Shown piece after piece: positions 21,158-31,676 of a stretch of DNA of 64,000 bases; positions within the stretch are counted from its first letter, which is position 1; every line of letters starts with the position of its first letter. Under the pieces are notes generated by a model. The model was not told the origin of the DNA, made no database searches, and saw only the letters and a program-made list of their open reading frames with translations. Location of the stretch: positions 1,357,483-1,421,482 of the forward strand of contig OY969816.1 of NCBI GenBank assembly GCA_963703385.1. The letters run 5' to 3'. The translations under genes and the position numbers were made by a program. This stretch comes from an uncultured Pseudomonadota bacterium (lineage in GTDB: Bacteria; Pseudomonadota; Alphaproteobacteria; Rhizobiales; Beijerinckiaceae).

Positions 21158-22060
21158 ATGATCTACGACAATGTTTTTGGCGCGCCGCCGCCGGACCTCG
21201 CCCAGATTGCGCCCGGCGCGCGCCAGTTCTCGCCCCTCGTTCCGGGGGCCGAAGACTTCGCGCTGGTCCCGCCCGGCGCGCTGGCCAATCTGGTCCTGCT
21301 CGCCCCGCCCGGCGCCGTCGAGCGCCGCACCGCGCTCGCGCTTGCCCTGCGGGCGCTGGCCCCCGGCGCGCCCTTCCTCGTCATGGCGCCCAAGGACAAG
21401 GGCGGCGGCCGGATCGCAAAGGAACTGGCCGAGTTCGGCTGCCCGAGCGTAGAGCATTCGAAGCGCCATCATCGGCTCTGCGCCGCGGGCGCCCGGGGCG
21501 CCCCCGCCGAGATACAAGCCGCGATCGAAGCCGGGGCGCCGCGCTTTTCGCAATCCCTCGGCCTGTGGACCCAGCCCGGGGTGTTTTCCTGGGACAGGAT
21601 CGACCCCGGCTCGGCTCTGCTGATCCGCAACTTGCCGGATTTTTCCGGCCATGGCGCCGATTTCGGTTGCGGCCTCGGGGTCGTCGCCCACGGGATTCTG
21701 GCCTCGCCAAAAGTGAAATCGCTTGTTCTGGTCGATATCGACCGGCGCGCGACCGAGCTTTGCGCCCGCAATGTCGCCGATCCGCGCGTGACAATTCTCT
21801 GGGCCGATGTGCGGGCTTTTAAAAACCGGCCGTTCGATTTCATCGCCATGAACCCGCCCTTCCATGAATCGGGCAAGGAAGCCAAAGAGCTTGGCCGCGG
21901 CTTCATCGCCAGCGCCGCGGCCAATCTGCGCCCCGGCGGGCGGTGCCGGCTGGTGGCCAACCGCCATCTCCCCTATGAGGCCGCGCTGGCGAAAAACTTC
22001 CGCTCGGTGTCGCTGATCGCCGAGGAAGGCGGTTTCAAGGTGATCGAGGCGATCAGATGA
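21158..22060 (+). CDS. Class I SAM-dependent methyltransferase, RsmC-like
   Basis: PGVFSWDRID, ADFGCGLG, MNPPFH, LVANRHLPYE. Confidence 0.88.
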   Translation: MIYDNVFGAPPPDLAQIAPGARQFSPLVPGAEDFALVPPGALANLVLLAPPGAVERRTALALALRALAPGAPFLVMAPKDKGGGRIAKELAEFGCPSVEHSKRHHRLCAAGARGAPAEIQAAIEAGAPRFSQSLGLWTQPGVFSWDRIDPGSALLIRNLPDFSGHGADFGCGLGVVAHGILASPKVKSLVLVDIDRRATELCARNVADPRVTILWADVRAFKNRPFDFIAMNPPFHESGKEAKELGRGFIASAAANLRPGGRCRLVANRHLPYEAALAKNFRSVSLIAEEGGFKVIEAIR

Positions 22061-22809
22061 GCGGGAAGACCATCCGACTCGACCGCCTGCTCGCCAATCT
22101 CGGCTATGGCTCGCGGCGCGAAATTTTGGTGCTCGCCCGCGCCGGGCGCATCCGTCTCGATGGCGAAATTTTGCGCGACGTCGAGCGAAGGATCGCCCTC
22201 GACCCGACGCTTCCTGCGCGGCTCAGCGTGAAGGGCGAAGAACTCGATCCCCTGCCCGGCGTCGTGCTGATGATGAACAAGCCGCTCGGCGTCACCTGTT
22301 CGCGCAAGGAATCGGGCCCGCTGGTCTATTCGCTCCTGCCCGGACGCTGGCGCCGGCGCAATCCGGCGATTTCGACGGTGGGGCGGCTCGACAAGGACAG
22401 CTCCGGCCTGCTGCTGCTGACCGACGACGGCGCCCTGCTGCACAAGATCATCTCGCCGCGGCTTTCCACGCCCAAAACCTATCGCGCCTCGCTCGACCGG
22501 TCTTTGCGCGGCGATGAAGCGCAAATTTTCGCCGCAGGAACGCTGATTCTGGAAGGCGAGGACAAACCGCTGCTGCCGGCGCAGTTGGAAATCCTGGACG
22601 AACGCGCGGCCCTGCTGACCTTGCATGAAGGCCGCTATCACCAGGTCCGGCGCATGTTCGCGGCGCTCGGCAATCATGTCACGGCGCTGCATCGGGTTTC
22701 GATCGGCGCCCTGACGCTGCCGGACGATCTGGCGCCGGGCGAATTGGTCGTGCTCGACACCGAAGGGATCGGGCAAATCTTTCTGTCGGGAAAACAGCCG
22801 GACTTTTGA
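22057..22809 (+). CDS. RsuA-family pseudouridine synthase
   Basis: S4-like RLDRLLANLGYGSR, VGRLDKDSSGLLL, EGRYHQVRRMF. Confidence 0.93.
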   Translation: MSGKTIRLDRLLANLGYGSRREILVLARAGRIRLDGEILRDVERRIALDPTLPARLSVKGEELDPLPGVVLMMNKPLGVTCSRKESGPLVYSLLPGRWRRRNPAISTVGRLDKDSSGLLLLTDDGALLHKIISPRLSTPKTYRASLDRSLRGDEAQIFAAGTLILEGEDKPLLPAQLEILDERAALLTLHEGRYHQVRRMFAALGNHVTALHRVSIGALTLPDDLAPGELVVLDTEGIGQIFLSGKQPDF

Positions 22810-22867
22810 TTATAATGGGCGAAGCAAGACCGATCGATCCTGATCGATTCCGGCGTGGGAGAGCCTC

Positions 22868-24319
22868 TTGCGCACGACCTGCGCGCCGGACCAAGGCAAA
22901 GTCATCGAGACCGACATTCCGGCGCGGCTGGAGCGTCTGCCCTGGGGCGGTTTTCATCGGCTGGTGATCGTCGCGCTTGGCGTCACCTGGATTCTCGACG
23001 GGCTCGAAGTCACGCTGGCCGGCTCGGTCGCCGGCGCCCTGAGAGCCAGTCCGTCGCTCGCCATGACCGACGCCGACATCGGCCTTGCGGGAAGCGCCTA
23101 TCTCGCCGGCGCGGTCGTGGGCGCCATATTCTTCGGCTGGCTCACCGACCAACTCGGCCGCAAAAAGCTGTTTTTCACCACCATCGCGCTTTATCTCTCC
23201 GCCACCGCCTTGACCGGGCTCGCCTGGAGCAAGGCGAGCTTTCTTGCCTTCCGGCTGCTGACCGGGGCAGGGATCGGCGGCGAATATTCGGCGATCAATT
23301 CGACGATCCAGGAGCTGGTGCCGGCGCGCTATCGCGGCTTCACCGATCTGGTCGTCAACGGCAGTTTCTGGCTGGGCGCGGCCCTGGGCGCGATCGTCGC
23401 GGTCGTGTTGCTCAATCCGGCGCTGCTCTCGCCGGAAATCGGCTGGCGGCTCGCCTTCCTGACCGGCGCGGGTCTCGGCGTCGTCGTCTTTCTCCTGCGC
23501 CGGCACGTTCCGGAAAGCCCGCGTTGGCTGGCCCTGCACGGTCGCGAGGCGGAGGCGCAAAATACCGTGGCGGCGATCGAGCAGCGCTTCCGGGACAAGG
23601 GATTCGCTCTCGCGCCGCCCGACGAAGGGCCGATCCGCCTGCGCGCGCGCCACCGTACAAAGGTCCGCGAGGTTCTCGACGTCCTGTTCCGGCGCTACCG
23701 CCGGCGCACCATGGTCGGCGTGACGCTGATGGCCGCGCAGGCCTTTTTGTTCAACGCGATCTTTTTCACTTACGCCTTGGTGCTGACGAAATTCTACCAT
23801 GTGCGGCCGGACCATGTCGGTTGGCATGTCCTGACCTTCGCGATCAGCAATTTCCTCGGCCCCCTCGTTCTGGGAAGACTGTTCGACGTCTGGGGCCGCA
23901 GGCTGATGCTGGCCCTGACCTATGGCCTGTCCGGCGCGTTGCTCATCGCCTGCGCCCTGATGTTCCAGGCCGATCTCCTCGGCGCGGTCACGCAAACCCT
24001 TGGCTGGATGGCGGTTTTCTTCTTCGGTTCGGCGGCGGCGAGCGCCGCCTACCTGACCGTCAGCGAGACCTTTCCGATCGAAATTCGCGCTTTGGCGATC
24101 GGATTGTTTTATGCTTTCGCCACCGCGATCGGCGGCGTCGCCGCGCCTTTCCTCTTCGGCCGTTTGATCGCCAGCGGCGAGCGCGCGAGCCTGTCCGCCG
24201 GCTATTTGTTCGCCGCGCTCCTGATGCTGGCGGCGGCCGTGGTCGCGGGGGCCTTCGCCGTCGCCGCGGAGCGCAAGCCGCTGGAGCAGGTCGCGGCGCC
24301 TTTGTCCGCGGAAGACTAG
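22868..24319 (+). CDS. MFS transporter (sugar-porter-like)
   Basis: About 12 TM segments, GWLTDQLGRKK, GIGGEY, SETFPIEIRA. Confidence 0.9.
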   Translation: MRTTCAPDQGKVIETDIPARLERLPWGGFHRLVIVALGVTWILDGLEVTLAGSVAGALRASPSLAMTDADIGLAGSAYLAGAVVGAIFFGWLTDQLGRKKLFFTTIALYLSATALTGLAWSKASFLAFRLLTGAGIGGEYSAINSTIQELVPARYRGFTDLVVNGSFWLGAALGAIVAVVLLNPALLSPEIGWRLAFLTGAGLGVVVFLLRRHVPESPRWLALHGREAEAQNTVAAIEQRFRDKGFALAPPDEGPIRLRARHRTKVREVLDVLFRRYRRRTMVGVTLMAAQAFLFNAIFFTYALVLTKFYHVRPDHVGWHVLTFAISNFLGPLVLGRLFDVWGRRLMLALTYGLSGALLIACALMFQADLLGAVTQTLGWMAVFFFGSAAASAAYLTVSETFPIEIRALAIGLFYAFATAIGGVAAPFLFGRLIASGERASLSAGYLFAALLMLAAAVVAGAFAVAAERKPLEQVAAPLSAED

Positions 24320-24425
24320 AGCCGATTGCGATTCGGTCGAAATCGCAATCGGCTCTAAATTCCTTTGTTTCCGCAGCGTTTTTTTTGCGAAAAACCGGCA
24401 TCCACTTTTTCGCACGCTGTTCCAG
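24316..24425 (-). repeat. Modular palindromic intergenic element with a different palindrome module
   Basis: Palindrome tagagccgattgcgatt..aatcgcaatcggctcta (24317-24357) plus core aaagtggatgccggtttttcgc..aaacaaaggaat on the minus strand; contains the MFS TAG stop. Confidence 0.85.
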
Positions 24426-24578
24426 GCGATCAAGCCGGCTCAGGCGCGCTCCGGGCGGACTTTCGCGCGATCCCCCTATATCCTCGATGAAGAAGGCCAC
24501 GGCATCACGCCCCTCGACGCCGCGCTTGCCGCCGGCGACCCGCGCCGTTAGCTTGGCCTAAAATTCATCGGGTAGGTC

Positions 24579-25580
24579 ATGAAAGTCACGTCATCGGTTC
24601 TCGACGCCATCGGCGGCACGCCGCTCATCAAATTGCGCGCCGCTTCGCTCGCCACCGGCTGCGACATCTACGGCAAGGCGGAATTCATGAATCCCGGCGG
24701 CTCGATCAAGGACCGCGCGGCGCTGGCCATCGTCCACGACGCCATTGAGCGCGGCGCGCTCAAACCGGGCGGGACCATCGTCGAGGGCACAGCGGGCAAT
24801 ACCGGCATCGGCCTGACTTTGGTCGCCCATGCGCTCGGCTTTCGCACCCTCATCGTCATTCCCGACACCCAGTCGGAAGAGAAGAAAAGTTTTTTGCGCC
24901 TGCAAGGCGCCGAGCTGATCGAGGTCCCCGCCGTCCCTTATGCCAACCCCGACAATTACGTGAAATATTCCGGCCGGCTGGCGGAAGAGCTGGCGCGGAA
25001 AAACCCCGGCGGCGCGGTCTGGGCCAACCAGTTCGACAATGTCGCCAACCGGCAGGGGCACGAGGAAAGCACCGGCCCGGAAATTTACGACCAGCTCGGC
25101 GGCAAGCTCGACGGTTTTATTTGCGCGGTTGGCACCGGCGGCACGCTGGCCGGCGTGGGCCGGGCGCTCAAGGCGCGCAATCCGGAGATAAAAATCGGCC
25201 TCGCCGACCCGATGGGCGCCGCGCTTTATGCCTATTACACCACCGGGGAGCTGAAATCCTCCGGCTCCTCGATCACGGAAGGGATAGGCCAGGGCCGGAT
25301 CACCGCCAATCTGGTGGACGCGCCGATCGACATCGCCTTCCAAATTCCCGATGACGAGGCCCTGCCGATCCTGTTCGACCTCGCCAAAAATGAGGGCCTG
25401 CTGCTCGGCGGCTCCTCCGCGATCAATGTCGCCGGCGCGATCCGCCTCGCCCGCGACCTCGGCCCCGGCAAGACCATCGTGACGATTTTGGGCAATTCCG
25501 GCGCGCGCTATGCGTCGAAGCTCTTCAATCCGGATTTTTTGCGCGGGAAGGGTTTGCCGGTTCCGGGCTGGCTGGCGTGA
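24579..25580 (+). CDS. cysK: Cysteine synthase A (O-acetylserine sulfhydrylase)
   Basis: IGGTPL, NPGGSIKDR (PLP Lys), EGTAGNTGIGL, VGTGGT, EGIGQG. Confidence 0.92.
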   Translation: MKVTSSVLDAIGGTPLIKLRAASLATGCDIYGKAEFMNPGGSIKDRAALAIVHDAIERGALKPGGTIVEGTAGNTGIGLTLVAHALGFRTLIVIPDTQSEEKKSFLRLQGAELIEVPAVPYANPDNYVKYSGRLAEELARKNPGGAVWANQFDNVANRQGHEESTGPEIYDQLGGKLDGFICAVGTGGTLAGVGRALKARNPEIKIGLADPMGAALYAYYTTGELKSSGSSITEGIGQGRITANLVDAPIDIAFQIPDDEALPILFDLAKNEGLLLGGSSAINVAGAIRLARDLGPGKTIVTILGNSGARYASKLFNPDFLRGKGLPVPGWLA

Positions 25581-25614
25581 TGAGGCCGAGGCCATTTGAG
25601 CCTGGAATCCGTTT

Positions 25615-26352
25615 CTATCGCGATGCTTCCGCAGCAATATGGCCCGCAAGGCTGGTGACGAACGTTTTGAGGCTCGTCATTTCCGAAAGATCGGTAAATT
25701 CACCTGTCTCAGCCGCCGAACGCGGCGACGCCATGACCGCAGCCACCGTGTAAAGGCTTTCCTGTGTCAGCTTGCGGCAAAGGATATTGTATCGCTCAAG
25801 GTACGATGCGCCGCGAAATTCTGGAAACACAGGAAAATGCGCCGACCCGTCGCGCACCGGCGACCGCGACTTCGACCCGTCTTCAACCAGCATCAACCAA
25901 CCCACAAACGGACGAGGCGCATCGCCAAAAGCCCCTTCCCTGAAGGCCGTCCAAAAATCGATTGCCGCGCCAATCGCTTCCTCGGTTCGGTTATTGAAAT
26001 TATTGCCGAACGACGGTCCCACCTGTGATTTCAGCTCAAGCGCGGCAACGAGGCGGCCCTCGTTGATAATCAGCAAATCCCACAGTTTCGTCGGACGAAA
26101 AAATCCCGGCAGCATCAATACGCGGCGATCCATCATCATATGAGCGTCTGTAAGTCCGTTGGCGCGGATCACGTCTTAAATCAGGGTGATAAAACCATCC
26201 ATGTTCTTGCCCGCCGTGACGCCCGCTCGCTCGCCTTGGTCGGCGCGGCCAAGTTCGTTTTGCTTCGCCACTGCCGCTGCACGGTTGCCCCAGAAGGCCT
26301 TTATAGCTTCCCTGGCTTTCCTCCTCCGGTAATCGGCAAGATCAAGCGGCAC
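25615..26352 (-). CDS. PaeR7I/XhoI-like type II restriction endonuclease with in-frame TAA at 26176-26178
   Basis: [72 protein letters not shown]; GTG start overlaps the MTase stop. Confidence 0.85.
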
Positions 26353-28075
26353 ACGCGGCCCCAATCTGGCTCCCGAGGGCTTGCCGCTCGCTAACGCTCA
26401 AACCGTATAACATTCCCGCTGCATCGTTGCATGCGGCCAAATCACGCGTTTTCCCTGCGCTGATCAGCTGTTTGCGTATCTTGGGCGGCACATCCCGCCA
26501 CAGCGGAAGCCGCAGGCGGCGCAAATATTGCGCTTGAAAGCGCAAATACCCCCCACGCATCTTTGTCGAATAGGAAGCGATAAAAAGCCGCGTCACGTCC
26601 GACAGCAGCACCGCTTGCAGCGCATGCAAATGCCAATCGTTTGACGTAATGAAATAAAGGTTGTGGTGCGGGTAGAGCTTCCCCGGTTCGAAAACGATGT
26701 GCGCTTCCCCCTTGATATCGGGAATCAGCAGTTTCGGGACGTTGACGAGCTCGGGGTAAATCCGGTCGATTGTCCGATACCAGTTCGCAGGGTTCTTTTT
26801 CGCGACGTGTCGCGCGCGAATGGAGGCGCCATGGCGATCGAGATAGGCCTTGAGCTTTGGATAATTCTTTAAAGGTACGAGCTTTCCATCAGGCCCGAAA
26901 GGGTTAATAACTCCCAGTCCGCGCCACTTGATTGAACCGGTGAGAATGTCCCGCGTCATTACGAGCGGAAGTTTGCATTCCGCTTCAACGTCGAGCGCCT
27001 CGAAAAGCCCGACGAAAACCTGGTCGGCCCCCGTCGCCACGCCAATTCCGACCTTGCAACCGGCTTCCTCGAGTGCGGGAAATTGACGTTCGAGGCGGCG
27101 CAAAAGTTCAAGTGAGCCGGGGTCGCCGAGCATCCAGGGTCGTGAACCGACCGGAACGCGCGCGACTTCCTGAACGCCGGTGCCACGGTCAAGCTTGTTT
27201 GCCGTTATCGCATGGGCGAGTTCGCCGAGCGTTTCAACATTGACCCGCGGCTGAGCGGCAATGCGTGTTGGACCGGATTTTTCACGGCTGATAACAACGA
27301 TCGCAGGATAGGTGATTACATCGGACAGGAATGCATCGGCTCCCACCATGTCGACGAAATATTTCAGGTGGAAATGATCGGCGACCAGTTCTCGCAATGG
27401 GCCGCCATAGCGGTTTTTCGTCCATCGATCCGAGCAGATGAAGCCAAGGTGGCCATCCGGCGTAAGCAGCGACAGAGACTGTTCGAAAAATGGCACATAA
27501 ATGTCCGCGCGATCGAAAATCGTCCTGTATCGCCGCCGATACTCAGCCATCAGCGCGTCCGGGATCAGTTCCTGTCGCACATAGGGCGGATTGCCGATCA
27601 CATGCGTATATTCTCGATCGTGCGGCAGCAGGAGAAAATCGCCTAGCCGGAGCCAGCAACCGCATAGCGCCTGTGCTTCCGCTGGCGATACGCCCTTCGC
27701 TGTCAAAGTTGACACGACAAGACCGCGCGTTTGTTCATAGCTGGCACGATGAACTTCTACCGCCACGATGCAGTCGGCCAGGTCTTTGACGATATCGCCT
27801 TTCTCGGCGCTTTCTCGGAAATAGGCCTCGAGCAACCGCTCGATCGCCGGCGTCAGGAAGTCTCCCCGCCCCATTGACGGCTCGAGTAACCTCGCCCGAT
27901 GCAGAGGCTTATCTGCCGTGTAGCCTGTCAGATCAAGGATGAATTCCACGACTTCACGCCGTGTGAAGACCGCCCCCCGCGCTTCCACGCCAGCGTCAGA
28001 TAAGGACGCGACGGCCGCCGCGACTTCAGGGCGCTCAAAAAAATCCAGCTGTCGGTCGTCGCCGCGAAAAACCAT
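26342..28075 (-). CDS. N6-adenine DNA methyltransferase, PaeR7I/Eco57I/TaqI-like
   Basis: [27 protein letters not shown] (motif I), [10 protein letters not shown] (motif IV), [25 protein letters not shown]. Confidence 0.93.
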   Translation of the reverse strand: MVFRGDDRQLDFFERPEVAAAVASLSDAGVEARGAVFTRREVVEFILDLTGYTADKPLHRARLLEPSMGRGDFLTPAIERLLEAYFRESAEKGDIVKDLADCIVAVEVHRASYEQTRGLVVSTLTAKGVSPAEAQALCGCWLRLGDFLLLPHDREYTHVIGNPPYVRQELIPDALMAEYRRRYRTIFDRADIYVPFFEQSLSLLTPDGHLGFICSDRWTKNRYGGPLRELVADHFHLKYFVDMVGADAFLSDVITYPAIVVISREKSGPTRIAAQPRVNVETLGELAHAITANKLDRGTGVQEVARVPVGSRPWMLGDPGSLELLRRLERQFPALEEAGCKVGIGVATGADQVFVGLFEALDVEAECKLPLVMTRDILTGSIKWRGLGVINPFGPDGKLVPLKNYPKLKAYLDRHGASIRARHVAKKNPANWYRTIDRIYPELVNVPKLLIPDIKGEAHIVFEPGKLYPHHNLYFITSNDWHLHALQAVLLSDVTRLFIASYSTKMRGGYLRFQAQYLRRLRLPLWRDVPPKIRKQLISAGKTRDLAACNDAAGMLYGLSVSERQALGSQIGAACAA

Positions 28076-28087
28076 GATGCCGAACGT

Positions 28088-28123
28088 CACGATTATCCAG
28101 GATTATAGGGCTCAGGATTATAG
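28088..28123 (-). promoter_or_regulatory. Tandem TATAATCCTG repeats (candidate -10 boxes) upstream of the MTase
   Basis: Minus strand ctataatcctg agcc ctataatcctg gataatcgtg. Confidence 0.5.
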
Positions 28124-28378
28124 TGGTATTGTGGTGTTTCTTCGGTCGTGTCTGATGGTAGCCTTTTGATCGAAGACCGGCGAGCGCTTTCGCCATGAGA
28201 TTGACGCTATCCACACCAATTCCGCGCATTGCCGCCCAAAAATCGGCGCGGGCGACCATTTCCGCTTCCAACTTATGGAAATCCCCCCGGCAGCCGCGCC
28301 GACTCCCACGGCCCCCCTCTCCAAGTACTTCTATCTTTCGGCCAAAGCCTTTAATCTGATCGCAAAAAGGAGGGGCTC

Positions 28379-29254
28379 TTGACCGAGACTCATCTTGTTT
28401 CCACCGACTGGCTCAGCGAGCATCTTGGCGCGCCGGGGATCGCCGTCGTGGACGCCTCCTGGCACATGCCCGACGCCAACCGCAACGCGGCGCAAGAATT
28501 CTGCGCGCGGCACATTCCTGGCGCGGTTTTCTTTGACATCGACGCCATCGCCGACAAATCGACCGACCTGCCGCATATGCTGCCCGATCCGGTCGCCTTC
28601 TCCAGCGCCATGCGCAAGCTCGGGATCGGCGACGGCTTCTCGATCGTCGTCTATGACAGCCACGGCCTGTATTCGGCGCCGCGCGTGTGGTGGACTTTTC
28701 GCGCCTTCGGCAAGCACGACGTTTCCGTCCTCGACGGCGGCCTGCCGAAATGGATCGCGGAAGGGCGCGCGATCGCCGAGGGCGAGGCCTGTCCACAAGC
28801 CCGCCATTTCACCTGCCGGCTCGATCATGCCCTGGTCGCCACGCGCGACGACGTCAAGGCGGCGAGCGGACGGGCCGGCGAAGCCAACGCCCCGCAGATC
28901 GTCGACGCGCGTTCGGCCGGGCGCTTTCGCGGCGAGGAAATCGAGCCCCGCCCCGGGGTGCGCCGCGGCCGGATTCCCGGCTCGTTCAACCTCCACTGGG
29001 AGGCGCTGCTGACCGACGGCCGGCTGAAGCCGCCGCACGAGCTGGCGACCGCTTTCGCCGATGCGGGAGTCGATATTTCCCGGCCGATTCTCACGACCTG
29101 CGGGTCGGGCGTCACCGCCGCGATCCTGTCGCTGGCGCTCGCCGCGCTGGGCCGCGAAACGGCGCCGGTCTATGACGGCTCCTGGGCCGATTGGGGCGGC
29201 TGCGCCGACCTGCCGCTCGCCACCGGCCCGGCGCAAGGCGCATCAGGGGCCTGA
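28379..29254 (+). CDS. sseA: 3-mercaptopyruvate sulfurtransferase
   Basis: LVSTDWL, HIPGAVFFDID, VLDGGLPKW, DARSAGRF, TCGSGVTA, YDGSWADW. Confidence 0.95.
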   Translation: MTETHLVSTDWLSEHLGAPGIAVVDASWHMPDANRNAAQEFCARHIPGAVFFDIDAIADKSTDLPHMLPDPVAFSSAMRKLGIGDGFSIVVYDSHGLYSAPRVWWTFRAFGKHDVSVLDGGLPKWIAEGRAIAEGEACPQARHFTCRLDHALVATRDDVKAASGRAGEANAPQIVDARSAGRFRGEEIEPRPGVRRGRIPGSFNLHWEALLTDGRLKPPHELATAFADAGVDISRPILTTCGSGVTAAILSLALAALGRETAPVYDGSWADWGGCADLPLATGPAQGASGA

Positions 29255-29371
29255 AATGAGCGATTTTCGGGTATTTTTTATCAACCAATGGTCAATTTGC
29301 CGCCGATTCGATCAAAATGACGCCAAAATGTCCGCGCCGACGCTTTCTTGTCGCGCGGCGCGGTGCTATGA

Positions 29372-29773
<402 letters not shown>

Positions 29774-29830
29774 CCCCGCCCACCCCGAACTTATCTCCTT
29801 CAACGTCATCTCAAAAGAAGAGGCGCATCA

Positions 29831-31240
29831 ATGACGACTGCCAAGGAACTACTGAAAAAGATCAAGGACGAAGACATTAAATATGTCGACCTCCGCTTCA
29901 CGGACCCACGCGGCAAGTGGCAGCATGTCACCTTCGACATTACTCTCGTCGATGAGGAGTTCTTCTCGGAAGGCATGATGTTCGACGGCTCGTCGATCGC
30001 CGGCTGGAAGGCGATCAACGAATCCGACATGAAGCTGATGCCCGATCCCTCCACCGCGACGATCGATCCCTTCTTCTCGGCTTCGACCCTGTCCATCATC
30101 TGCGACGTGCTCGAACCGCTGACCGGCGAGCCCTATCACCGCGACCCGCGCGGCATCGCCAAGAAGGCCGAAGCCTATCTCAAGAACAGCGGCATCGGCG
30201 ACACCGCCTTCTTCGGCCCGGAAGCCGAATTCTTCGTCTTCGACGACGTGCGCTTCAGCGCCGAACCCTACAACACCGGCTTCGTTCTCGATTCGACCGA
30301 ACTGCCGACCAATTCCGACACCCCCTATGAGGGCGGCAACCTCGGCCACCGCGTCCGCACCAAGGGCGGCTATTTCCCGGTCCCGCCGGTCGATTCCGCC
30401 CAGGACATGCGCGGCGAAATGCTCGCGGCCATGGCGGCCATGGGCGCCAAGGTCGAGAAGCACCATCACGAAGTCGCCTCGGCCCAGCACGAACTCGGTC
30501 TCAAGTTCGGCACGCTGACCACCATGGCCGACCACATGCAGATCTACAAATACGCCATCCACCAGGTCGCCCATTCCTATGGCAAGACCGCGACCTTCAT
30601 GCCCAAGCCGGTCTATGGCGACAACGGCTCGGGCATGCATGTCCACCAGTCGATCTGGAAGGGCGGCAAGCCGGTGATGGCGGGCAACAAATACGCCGAC
30701 CTCAGCCAGGAATGCCTGTGGTACATCGGCGGCATCATCAAGCACGCCAAGGCCCTGAACGGCTTCACCAATCCCTCGACCAACTCCTACAAGCGTCTGG
30801 TCCCGGGCTTCGAGGCCCCGGTTCTGCTGGCCTATTCGGCGCGCAACCGCTCGGCCTCCTGCCGCATTCCGTGGACCAACAACCCGAAGGCCAAGCGCGT
30901 CGAGGTTCGCTTCCCCGATCCGGCCGCCAATCCCTATCTCGCCTTCGCGGCCATGCTGATGGCCGGCCTCGACGGCGTCAAGAACAAGATCGATCCCGGC
31001 CCGGCGATGGACAAGGACCTCTACGACCTGCCGCCGCGCGAGCTGAAGAAGATCCCGACGGTTTGCGGATCCTTGCGCGACGCGCTCGCCAATCTCGACA
31101 AGGACCGCGCCTTCCTCAAGGCCGGAGACGTCTTCAACGACGACTTCATCGACAGCTATATCGAGCTGAAGATGCAGGAGGTCTATCGCATGGAAATGAC
31201 GCCGCACCCGGTCGAGTTCGACATGTATTATTCCTGCTGA
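29831..31240 (+). CDS. glnA: Glutamine synthetase I
   Basis: [46 protein letters not shown]. Confidence 0.98.
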   Translation: MTTAKELLKKIKDEDIKYVDLRFTDPRGKWQHVTFDITLVDEEFFSEGMMFDGSSIAGWKAINESDMKLMPDPSTATIDPFFSASTLSIICDVLEPLTGEPYHRDPRGIAKKAEAYLKNSGIGDTAFFGPEAEFFVFDDVRFSAEPYNTGFVLDSTELPTNSDTPYEGGNLGHRVRTKGGYFPVPPVDSAQDMRGEMLAAMAAMGAKVEKHHHEVASAQHELGLKFGTLTTMADHMQIYKYAIHQVAHSYGKTATFMPKPVYGDNGSGMHVHQSIWKGGKPVMAGNKYADLSQECLWYIGGIIKHAKALNGFTNPSTNSYKRLVPGFEAPVLLAYSARNRSASCRIPWTNNPKAKRVEVRFPDPAANPYLAFAAMLMAGLDGVKNKIDPGPAMDKDLYDLPPRELKKIPTVCGSLRDALANLDKDRAFLKAGDVFNDDFIDSYIELKMQEVYRMEMTPHPVEFDMYYSC

Positions 31241-31260
31241 GTTTTTGCTCAGAAAATGCG

Positions 31261-31289
31261 AAAGGGCGACCTGACAGGTCGCCCTTTTT
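31261..31289. terminator. Bidirectional rho-independent terminator after glnA
   Basis: aaagggcgacctg-ac-aggtcgccctttttg. Confidence 0.85.
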
Positions 31290-31303
31290 GTTTGATCTTC
31301 AGG

Positions 31304-31543
31304 TCATTGCGCCGGCGCGCCCTGCTGCCGCCGCATCTGCTGCTCCTGCTGTTCCTTGTGCTTGTAATAATGCCGCGCGGCGAGACAGCCGGCGACCGCG
31401 CCGGTGACCCCATGGCCGACCGCATGGCCGGCGATGCCGCCGGCGACCGCGCCGCGAATGCAGCCCTTCGCCTCGGCGTTGGGCGCCGCGAGCGCGGCGA
31501 CGCCGCAGATGGAGAGAACCACGCCAATCCTGGTCAGTTTCAT
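31304..31543 (-). CDS. Small secreted glycine-zipper-like protein
   Basis: Signal peptide ending AEA, then KGCIRGAVAGGIAGHAVGHGVTGAVAGC. Confidence 0.8.
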   Translation of the reverse strand: MKLTRIGVVLSICGVAALAAPNAEAKGCIRGAVAGGIAGHAVGHGVTGAVAGCLAARHYYKHKEQQEQQMRRQQGAPAQ

Positions 31544-31676
31544 CAGCTCGCCCCCAGTTTGCAAATGACTGCCCAAAGGCCGCGCGAAATTGCGCGCCTG
31601 CGGAATATAGGGAAGGCTTTGGCCGATCCGCCAGAGGCCGCGCGGCAAAATCGGCAACCGGAACGGCGCGGCGCCG

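Noticed and set aside
21002-21160. Integrative element at tRNA-Asn
   Set aside because: No integrase, no duplicated tRNA 3' end, and downstream genes are host-like
28130-28330. Short minus-strand frame (..DFHKLEAEMVARADFWAAMRGIG..) upstream of the MTase as a gene remnant or C protein
   Set aside because: No HTH or recognisable family and no clear start; cannot support a call
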